From Armatimonadota bacterium (lineage in GTDB: Bacteria; Armatimonadota; SYMT01), in assembly GCA_041690135.1 (NCBI GenBank), contig JAWLHY010000001.1, positions 960,001 through 1,024,000 of the forward strand: DNA of 64,000 nucleotides, read 5' to 3'. Below, piece by piece: positions 57,501 to 64,000 of this stretch (position 1 is the stretch's first letter; every line of letters starts with the position of its first letter). The translations under genes were made by a program, and so were the position numbers. The notes beneath the pieces were generated by a model. The model searched no databases. It had not been told where the DNA came from and worked only from the letters and a program-made list of their open reading frames with translations.

Positions 57501-59531
57501 GGACGGACCGGATTCATCCGCGGTTGGATCTACAACGACCAGGGGCGCACGGCCGTCTTCAGCAAGCTGCTGCGGAGCACCTTTCCGGAGGAGGGCGATA
57601 CTCCCGAACGGTTCCGCGAGGCGGTGGAAGCGGCGAAGATCCCGGCGAAACGGCTGGTGGAAGTGGCGGTATACACGCCGCAGTGGGCGCGGTACGTGGA
57701 ACACGCCCTGGGCTGGCCGGAGTTCGAGGAGGCCGTCTGGTGGGTGCACGCCCACACCAAGGATGACCGCTGGAGCGTGGATGAAGACATCCGCGAGACC
57801 TGGACGGCACAGGCCAGCGAACGCACTCCGCTCACGGCGCAGAACCTGATCGATGGCGCGGTCGACGTGACCTGGTTCCACCGGGTGTATCAGGGGCTGG
57901 GAGCGGATCGTTGGAGTATTCTCGACGACGCGGCCAAGTACGCTTCCGGCGGCGGCGGGCATAAGCGCGCCCAGCTCTTCGCTGATGCGATGCTGGGCCG
58001 GGTAGCGCGAGAGTCGCTCGTGTCGCGCATCCAGGAGAGCCGCAACCAGGACTCGCTGCGCGCCCTGGGGCTCCTGCCCCTGCCGGACTCGGCGGCCGAG
58101 CGGGAGGCGGAGGTGTTGGAGCGCTACCGCATCATCCAGGAGTTCCTCCGCACCAGCCGCCAGTTCGGCTCGCAGCGCCAGGCCAGCGAGAAACTGGCGT
58201 CGGGGATCGCCATGGAAAACCTCGCCCGTACTGCCGGCTATGCCGACCCGGTCCGGCTCGAATGGGCCATGGAAGCGCGCGCGATCGCCGACCTGGCCGG
58301 TGGAGCCCTGGTTGCCACGGCGGCGGAGGTCACGGTCACGTTGAGTATCAACGACCTGGGTGAGCCGGACCTCACTTTCGTCAAGAACGGCAAATCCCTG
58401 AAGGCCCTACCGGCGGCGGCGAAGAAGGACCCGGACGTGGCGGCCCTGGTCGCCCGCAAGCGCGACGTGCAGCGGCAGGCCTCGCGTATGCGTCTCTCGC
58501 TTGAGAACGCCATGTGCCGGGGCGACCGGTTCACGGGGGCGGAGTTACACACCCTGTCCGGTCACCCGGTCCTGGCCCCCATGCTCCGCAACCTGGTCTT
58601 CCTGGTCGAACCGACCACCGGAGGCGAAGGGGGCGTATGCGGGGCCGGTTACCCGGTTGAGGGCGGCCGGGAGTTGGAAGCGCACGACGGTAGCCGCTAC
58701 CCGGTGGGCGAAACGGATCCGCTGCGGCTGGCGCACCCGCACGACCTGTTGAGAACCGGCGAGTGGCACCTCTGGCAGCGTGAGTGTTTCCGGCGCGAGC
58801 GGGTCCAGCCGTTCAAGCAGGTATTCCGGGAGTTGTACGTTCTCACGGAGGCCGAACAGCAGGGCGGCATTCGTTCTGTCCGTTATGCCGGCCACCAGAT
58901 CCAGAACCGCCGGGCCATGGCGTTGTTGGGCAAGCGCGGATGGGTGAGCAATTACGAAGAGGGGGATGTCCGCCGGACCTTCCACGCCGAAGGTCTCACG
59001 GCCTGGCTGGAGTTCGACGCCGGCATCACCACGCCTGCCGAGGTGGAGGGCCTCACGGTCGAGCACGTCGGCTTCACCCGGCGCGGCGAGTGGAAGCCCC
59101 TTCGCCTTGAGGAAGTACCCCCACGGATCTTCAGCGAAGTGATGCGCGACGTGGACCTGATCGTCAGCGTCGCCCACGCGGGCGGAGTCGATCCGGAAGC
59201 CACCCAGTCCACGGTGGAGATGCGCGCGTCGCTCCTGCGCGAGACCTGCGGGCTGCTCAAGCTGGAGAACGTACGCCTCCAGAACACCCACGCGCTCATC
59301 GACGGCAAGCTGGGGACCTACTCGGTCCACCTGGGCAGCGCCGTGGTGCACCGCCAGCCGGGGGGACACCTCTGTATCGTGCCGGTTCACTCCCAGCACC
59401 GGGGCCGCCTCTTCCTGCCCTTCGCGGACAACGACCCGCGTACGGCGGAAGTGGTCTCCAAAGTGCTGCTGCTGGCCCGCGATCACGAAATCAAGGACCC
59501 CACTATCCTCGAACAGATCTACGCGCAGTAG
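54555..59531 (+). CDS. Large HEAT-like repeat / DUF5724-DUF4132 (MolR/YehI-related) protein
   Basis: LLLAAQREEGLRQTILES, SRQFGSQRQASEK, ENLARTAGY, LAHPHDL, QPFKQVFRELY, FSEVMRDVDLIVSVAH, VHSQHRGRLFLPFAD.DP. Confidence 0.9.
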   Translation: MLNPQEAERRLKEFKVKDGKGRRLARIAELPEALRAIGYGMYGAAADGGHVKGTDAREKLVEASFRALDELSQADREQLFEVLFPQLGRYVEGAWQMLGQRPYQHGWERRAFRAPGDNERSRAIRRARLDQYLEQLKGYEQDITWLAAWTPYIFHYWAESVAELLAAAIDAGGSAGNEVFEILCASARGEHPIGAMGRHVTGALLCASRPDGWEFVERLLLAAQREEGLRQTILESVDQAHPEAFRRMVRLILDHDLLRFSATIRAVDVWFGFQLEATDARVARGILEQVLRFMEDPAAREAAIHGGDARSAYLALWATAFENAPAAVAPATHLLSTGALEGRYAAALLLSQLALSESRSALVSALDDPDLRVALTAFSGLGLGGYYGGYSDDDEDEDIAPEKQPGVFEALTRLVARVPKKENTIADLVWPGNVLQADQATVAGALLSTLGQRSPTELIPFLPLMEPYTRSSVAGLLSKKKLRNLPEVRDTLLSMAGDAAEGVREEALKALGKQKINPEEAPRLEGLLTRKAADLRRGVIGLLLNQEDEAALASAERLASAKNVNQRTAGLEVLQQLCQSDRQAEACRRLASEYPARQKALSDAEKQLLDTLTEEAAAAPEVTLKDGLGLFDPAHLTPVERPLEVPGLQLESEAAGALLQSLDDLVHQHREVPVRLWYAHQIDEDDEDAEPGVEPDEGNSVLLGDLTWGLPSPYPNVPVEKDAARLPLRQVWEDWWAVRPTEMQDPDGMELLRALAMVQDLSKKKLRHREVTQSVLEWLFRLNPPAEALPFLLGAAETIFARVPEEKIRKAPNPNRPWAALGWRNNEARLFWLQLARTHRKYRPEDWRDEDHNRLWRLLRWLDKPTPEAPRFNIELEEVLRAWRAGSATEADLIEMLLATRGEGNEYYYGNRHSELQLLTGRKPSPLFEQYPGLREIVVRCRDRVLEVELARGELPSPATPAALCLRSAGGLDTLIRLLKALGRTGFIRGWIYNDQGRTAVFSKLLRSTFPEEGDTPERFREAVEAAKIPAKRLVEVAVYTPQWARYVEHALGWPEFEEAVWWVHAHTKDDRWSVDEDIRETWTAQASERTPLTAQNLIDGAVDVTWFHRVYQGLGADRWSILDDAAKYASGGGGHKRAQLFADAMLGRVARESLVSRIQESRNQDSLRALGLLPLPDSAAEREAEVLERYRIIQEFLRTSRQFGSQRQASEKLASGIAMENLARTAGYADPVRLEWAMEARAIADLAGGALVATAAEVTVTLSINDLGEPDLTFVKNGKSLKALPAAAKKDPDVAALVARKRDVQRQASRMRLSLENAMCRGDRFTGAELHTLSGHPVLAPMLRNLVFLVEPTTGGEGGVCGAGYPVEGGRELEAHDGSRYPVGETDPLRLAHPHDLLRTGEWHLWQRECFRRERVQPFKQVFRELYVLTEAEQQGGIRSVRYAGHQIQNRRAMALLGKRGWVSNYEEGDVRRTFHAEGLTAWLEFDAGITTPAEVEGLTVEHVGFTRRGEWKPLRLEEVPPRIFSEVMRDVDLIVSVAHAGGVDPEATQSTVEMRASLLRETCGLLKLENVRLQNTHALIDGKLGTYSVHLGSAVVHRQPGGHLCIVPVHSQHRGRLFLPFADNDPRTAEVVSKVLLLARDHEIKDPTILEQIYAQ

Positions 59532-59541
59532 GCGCTAACCG

Positions 59542-60115
59542 CAAGGGGCGGGCGTCTCGCCCGCCCCACTGACCCGGGTCTTCCCCGCACTTGTACTGCA
59601 CCACGGTAGCCGCAATGGTGGCAGTAGGGTCGTGGTCGCCGTCCCCGACCAGCACTACGATCCCGCACCCGTACTGCACCGCGAACCGCCGTCTCGAGCT
59701 CCAGCCGAATCCGCCGCATGGGGGCCGATCCCGTCCCGCACCACGCGCCACCGTCACGGACTACAACCGGATCCGGGGCATTGGTCCTGCTGTGCACCAT
59801 ACGCCACCGTCCCCACTGCTTTCAGGAGGCGCTGCACGGTGGGCCGACGGGTGCCGGACCATACTCTGGGGAAGGGATAGCGACCGTTCCCCTACCTCCA
59901 CCAGGCCGGCTACATGGTGGGCCGACAGGTGCGGTAGCAGGGTCGGCTCGGGACGTGTGGTAACCGCCATGCCTACCCAAATCCCCCACGAGCGAGGGTA
60001 GGGTCGCGGTCGTACTCCCGGCGAAGTGAGAGCAGTACCCGACCAGGATCATGCCTCCGCACCCGGAATGCATCCCGGTAGTAGCGCAGTGGGGCGGGCG
60101 TCTCGCCCACCCTTG
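59542..60115. repeat. REP/BIME-like mosaic bounded by inverted GTGG-hairpin repeats
   Basis: GGGGCGGGCG-TCT-CGCCCGCCCC palindromes at 59542-59570 and 60088-60115 in inverted context; several internal duplicated motifs. Confidence 0.65.
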
Positions 60116-60233
60116 GAGCGACCAAGACTGTGTTTCCACCTCCCGATGGCAATCCCCAAAGGGTCCCTTTTTCCCTTCCCTTTCCCCTTCTTTGCGTCTT
60201 GGCGTCTTTGCGAGAGATTCGTCCCCCAGCGCT

Positions 60234-62033
60234 TCAAAGCTGATCCAGGATTCCCTCCCACTGCGCGCGTTCCTCCTCCGCCAGGTGGGGCCGCTGCAGG
60301 GCACAGTAACAGAGGGTATTCAGATAGCAGACGTATCCCTCTCGGGGCGCCTGTCGGAGCAGTTCCACATGGAGGGCCGCGATCTCCCTTTCGGCCGCCG
60401 GGTCCTCGGGGGCGATGCCGGCCAGGGCCAGGAGTGCGGCTTCCACCGACCAATCCACCGGCCCCCGCGCGAGGGAGAGCAGCACGCGGCGTCGCTCGCT
60501 TCCCTCCCAGCTATCCTCCCGACCGGCGAGCACCATCGCGGCCGCAACCTGAAGGCGATAGATCCAGGTCCACCACCGCATCCCATCCGGAGCTTCCGGT
60601 GGGTGCGTCATCACCGCCAGGATGTCGTTGACCGGATACTCCCGTAGGCAGCCAGACGCGTCCCGTGCCTGCGCGCGCCAGCCCTCGAAGGAATAGGGCG
60701 TGCGCGCGAGGTCCGCCACTTGCTCCGCGACTTCCGGTGATGGAGGCGTGAGAACCGGGGTGGCTTCGGAGTCCCGGTATGTCCACAGCCGGTACTCCAG
60801 GCGCGCTTTCAGTCTTCGCGGGTCGGGCTCGGCGATCTTGCCGACCTTCAGGCGTGGCTTCACATTCAATCCGAGTGCACGCAGTTGGCGCTCCACGGAC
60901 AGCAGGGCGCTGGGGCACTCCAGGTAGTTCACCGTGATCTCGAAGGGGTCGTCCAGCCCCAATTCTTTGCCCTCTTCCACGGCTGCAGCCAGGTCGCGTG
61001 TCAGGTTGATAATCGCCTCGCTGGGATCAGGGAGGTAGCTGCCGAAGTACGGGAGAAAGCGACGCATGAGCATGGCGGCCCGCTGGTTGTCCGGATGAGA
61101 CGCCGCAAACGTCTCCAGCTTCTGTCGCCACTCGTCAGCGCCCGTCAACTCGTGCTGCACCACCCACCAGGAGGGCAACGCCCAGGGATGCTCCGGTTCC
61201 TTACCGAGCACCCGCTCGTACTGCCGGGCCGCCTCGCGAGGGTCGCCGGTCTCCCAATAGAGATCCGCCAGGCTGAGCCAGATCGACTCCTCCTGCGGCC
61301 GGAACCGCTCCGCTTCGCGGAACACCGCAATCGCCTCCGCTGGTCGCTCCAGGTCCTGGAGAGCCGAGCCCACCGCCACCGCCGTCTCGAAAGAAGGCGC
61401 CGCCGCGTGCGCAGTGCGGGCGAGCGCCAGGGCCTCATCCTTCTCCCCCAGGCGTCTCAGCAGGCTTGCGCTGAGGAACGGGAGATATTCGCCCCAGGGC
61501 GACGGCGTGAGGACGGTTCGGATCAGCAACGGCAGACGCTGCAGCGTGGCTTCCCCGCTTCGCAGGTCGGATTGGAGCGCCGGTAACTGCTGCAGCAACT
61601 GCGTGTAGAACCCGATGAGCGGCTGCTCTGGTACCTTCCCCCGGTGCTCCGCCTTCTGCAGCCACTCAATGGCCCAGTCGAGGTACGAGGCGTCCGGTTT
61701 GGTCAACACCACCTGGAACAGGACTTCCAGCGCCTCCCCCAGGCGGTTGAGGCGCTCCAGCAGGTAAGCGCGCACCGCCACGGTGGCGAAGTAGTTCTCT
61801 TTCGCCAGGGGTGCCAGTTGGAGAGGGTCCGGGGCCACGTCGCTGATCCGCTCCAGCAGATTCCGCCACTCCGCCCGCATCGGGTCGTGGGCCAGGGCGC
61901 AGCCGGCATGGAAGGCGGCGTGCTGCAGGTCATTGGCTTTGAACGCCGCCTCCGCCAGCCGGATATCCTCCTCGGGTGTCGTCGCCGGCTTCGGCCGCTT
62001 CCTTCCAAAGAGCGCCTTGAACTGTTCGAACAT
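60234..62033 (-). CDS. TPR-containing protein
   Basis: Helical TPR-like repeats (AVGSALQDLERPAEAIAVF..AERFRP; WLSLADLYWETGD...AARQYERVL..EPEHPWA). Confidence 0.8.
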   Translation of the reverse strand: MFEQFKALFGRKRPKPATTPEEDIRLAEAAFKANDLQHAAFHAGCALAHDPMRAEWRNLLERISDVAPDPLQLAPLAKENYFATVAVRAYLLERLNRLGEALEVLFQVVLTKPDASYLDWAIEWLQKAEHRGKVPEQPLIGFYTQLLQQLPALQSDLRSGEATLQRLPLLIRTVLTPSPWGEYLPFLSASLLRRLGEKDEALALARTAHAAAPSFETAVAVGSALQDLERPAEAIAVFREAERFRPQEESIWLSLADLYWETGDPREAARQYERVLGKEPEHPWALPSWWVVQHELTGADEWRQKLETFAASHPDNQRAAMLMRRFLPYFGSYLPDPSEAIINLTRDLAAAVEEGKELGLDDPFEITVNYLECPSALLSVERQLRALGLNVKPRLKVGKIAEPDPRRLKARLEYRLWTYRDSEATPVLTPPSPEVAEQVADLARTPYSFEGWRAQARDASGCLREYPVNDILAVMTHPPEAPDGMRWWTWIYRLQVAAAMVLAGREDSWEGSERRRVLLSLARGPVDWSVEAALLALAGIAPEDPAAEREIAALHVELLRQAPREGYVCYLNTLCYCALQRPHLAEEERAQWEGILDQL

Positions 62034-62126
62034 CAACCCACCCCCCCTGCACTACTGTGCCCACGCCACCCTCGCAGTTCTCTCATCCACCGGCCCTAAT
62101 CGTAATCATAGCCCTAATCGACCGAA

Positions 62127-62270
62127 GGCCCCCTTCAACCCCTCGACCCCAAGGGGGCTTCAACCCCTGGCCCCCGCGGGGGGCTTCAACCTTCAACCTT
62201 CCAACCTCCAACCCCTGGCCCCCGAGGGGGGCTTCAACCTTCAACCTGCCAACCTTCAACCTTCAACCCG
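62127..62270. repeat. Composite repeat: CTTCAAC heptamers interleaved with GCCCCC-N-GGGGGC hairpin units
   Basis: caacccctggcccccg(c/a)ggggggcttcaaccttcaacct occurs twice, plus a degenerate third copy. Confidence 0.8.
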
Positions 62271-62273
62271 ACC

Positions 62274-62714
62274 TCACATCCGTCGCAGCAGTACGACTCC
62301 GGCGGCAATCAACGCCGCACCCAGCAGGCGGCCGGCCGAAATTGGTTGACGCTCTACCCCTAGCCAGCCGAAGTGGTCCAGCACCAGCGACATTCCCATC
62401 TGTCCGGCAACCACGAGCCCCAGCGTCACCGCGATGCCCAGCCGCGGCGGCGCGATGATCGCCACCACCACGTAGAAGGCGCCCAGCAGACCGCCGGTCC
62501 ATGCCCAGGAAGGGATACGCTGCAGCACCACCGCCGTAGGAAGAGGAGGCCGGGCCAGGGCCAGGTAGAGAAGTATCCCGGCGGTGCCCACGAGGAACGA
62601 GACCAGGCCGGCCAGCACCGGATGCCCTAACTCCCGGCCCAGGCGCGCATTCACGCCCACCTGCAGCCCCACCGCCGCCCCCGCTGCCGCCACCAGCAAC
62701 ATGAACCAGGCCAT
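62274..62714 (-). CDS. DMT-superfamily transporter (YdcZ/DUF606-like)
   Basis: LQVGVNARL...SFLVGT...WAWTGGLLGA..V...PRLG...GQM..SLVLDHFGWLG. Confidence 0.9.
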   Translation of the reverse strand: MAWFMLLVAAAGAAVGLQVGVNARLGRELGHPVLAGLVSFLVGTAGILLYLALARPPLPTAVVLQRIPSWAWTGGLLGAFYVVVAIIAPPRLGIAVTLGLVVAGQMGMSLVLDHFGWLGVERQPISAGRLLGAALIAAGVVLLRRM

Positions 62715-62841
62715 CCGTTCTACGCCTTTCCGCCCACTGGAGGTATACTCGTTTCTCCGGTGAATGTTACGACAGTCTCCGCCCAGGACGCCATCCGGGC
62801 ACCCGTTTCCTGGCGTTCGGCCGGCTGGACCCGTAGGAGCA

Positions 62842-63819
62842 ATGGATACTTCGCACTCCGCCGAATCCCTCATTGAACAGGGTTGTGACCTTCTGGAGCA
62901 GGAACGCTTCCAGGAAGCCATCGCCTGTTTCGATTTCGCCCTCCGGTTCGATTCCGACTCCGCTTACGCCTGGTATTGCCGGGGCTGCGCCCTTTCCTCG
63001 CTGGAGCGATACGCGGAAGCCGCCGAGTCGTACTTGAAGGTCACGAAGCTGGCCCCGGAACGCAGCATCGCCTGGTACAACCTCGGTAACGCGCTCCAGC
63101 AACTCGGCCAGGTCGAGCAGGCGCTGCAGTGCTTCGACGCGGCTACCCACCTCGACCCGGAAGACGCCGATGCCTGGATCAACAAAGGCCGGCTCCTCGA
63201 CGATGCGGGTGACCCTTCGCAAGCCATCGAATGCTACGACCGCGCCCTGGACCTCGCCCCGGAGGACCTGGTCGCCTGGTCCAATCGCGGGAATAGCTTG
63301 AAAGATCTGGAACAGTTCGAGGCGGCCCTGGAGAGCTACCAGGAGGCCTTGAGGCTGCAGGCTCACCATTGGCCCGCCCTGTTCGGCGCCGGGGATTGCC
63401 TGATGGCTCTGGACCGGCCGCAGGAGGCCCTCGGTTTCCTGGAGCGGGGTCTTCGGTACAACCCGGAATGGGCGGCCGGTTGGTGCAACCGCGGCGTGGT
63501 GCTGGGCCAGCTCGGACTGGATACGGAGGCGCTATTGTCCCTTCAAGAGGCGGTGAAACGGGAGCCGGATGAACCGGCGGTTTGGAACAATCTGGCGGAA
63601 ATCCACGCGCGTCTGGAGCAATCCGAAGAAGCGATCCAGGCTTTCGACCGCGCCCTGGCCCTCTCCAACTCTTACGCTCCCGCCTGGTTCGGAAAGGCAC
63701 GTCTCCTCTACCACCTGGGTCAACAGGACCAGGCGCGCAGAGCGTACCAGCAGTACGTCACCCACGGCGATCCCGAAGACCCGCATGTCCGCCAGGTCCG
63801 TCAGTGGCTTGCCTCCTGA
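62842..63819 (+). CDS. TPR repeat protein
   Basis: SD AGGAG; regular AW.N.G..L..L....EA...YD.AL...P repeats. Confidence 0.93.
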   Translation: MDTSHSAESLIEQGCDLLEQERFQEAIACFDFALRFDSDSAYAWYCRGCALSSLERYAEAAESYLKVTKLAPERSIAWYNLGNALQQLGQVEQALQCFDAATHLDPEDADAWINKGRLLDDAGDPSQAIECYDRALDLAPEDLVAWSNRGNSLKDLEQFEAALESYQEALRLQAHHWPALFGAGDCLMALDRPQEALGFLERGLRYNPEWAAGWCNRGVVLGQLGLDTEALLSLQEAVKREPDEPAVWNNLAEIHARLEQSEEAIQAFDRALALSNSYAPAWFGKARLLYHLGQQDQARRAYQQYVTHGDPEDPHVRQVRQWLAS

Positions 63820-63820
63820 G

Positions 63821-64000
63821 ATGGAAGAACCCACCCACGAAGATCGTCAGCTTTCGCTCTCACTCCGCGACGAAGCAGGCTTGCGCGCCATGTTGGAAGC
63901 CGTGGTGGACCAGCTTCCGGCGGGAGTTATCCTGGCTGAGGCGCCCTCCGGGCGCCTCATCTTGGGAAACCGGGAAGTAGAGCGCATCTTCCGTCAGTCT
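63821..64000 (+). CDS. 5' part of a PAS-domain protein (truncated by window end)
   Basis: MEEPTHEDRQLSLSLRDEAGLRAMLEAVVDQLPAGVILAEAPSGRLILGNREVERIF, open to window end. Confidence 0.7.
   Translation, partial: MEEPTHEDRQLSLSLRDEAGLRAMLEAVVDQLPAGVILAEAPSGRLILGNREVERIFRQS

Noticed and set aside
2284-59486. Numerous long antisense or alternate-frame ORFs (e.g. 2284..3624, 17415..18845, 21428..23353, 26722..28116, 46966..48660)
   Set aside because: Typical high-GC shadow ORFs overlapping well-supported genes; no domain motifs.
59570-60090. RAYT/IS200-type transposase between the REP-like hairpins
   Set aside because: No ORF with a convincing HUH motif and catalytic Tyr; the region consists of internal duplications.
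54002-62270. CRISPR array in the repeat-rich spacers
   Set aside because: Units are 7-8 nt tandem or irregularly spaced, with no constant repeat plus unique spacer pattern and no cas genes.

Overview
High-GC bacterial chromosomal segment, probably Armatimonadota. This is an inference from an '[15 protein letters not shown]...YTQDYDE...H-X9-DG' prepilin/DUF1559 gene together with sulfatases, DUF1080 and CRTAC1/multiheme-TPR genes. Core genes are tRNA-Val(TAC) and an orphan infC with an ATT start; the rest is mostly accessory. I saw no integrase, transposase or CRISPR array. Main points: (1) A gene missing from the ORF track (14594-14929, minus) encodes a Tat-lipoprotein with a MerP/CopZ-type HMA domain in which BOTH metal-binding cysteines are in-frame TGA codons (GMH-U-PAG-U-P), with SECIS-like hairpins downstream. 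It is a candidate double-selenocysteine metal-binding protein at the end of a multiheme-cytochrome/CRTAC1/CusRS-like gene run. (2) It is followed by an unexplained, strongly structured ~320-nt RNA-like region. (3) An atypical NRPS locus has four stand-alone A-T didomain proteins, all lacking the amino-acid-binding Asp235, next to a single C-A-T-TE. (4) A small protein ending in Gly-Gly is coupled to a giant DUF4132 protein. (5) Also present: a KaiC-like ATPase paired with a PAS/RsbW-type kinase, SigB-like promoters, a structured leader RNA and a REP/BIME-like mosaic. All family names come from motif recognition, not database searches.
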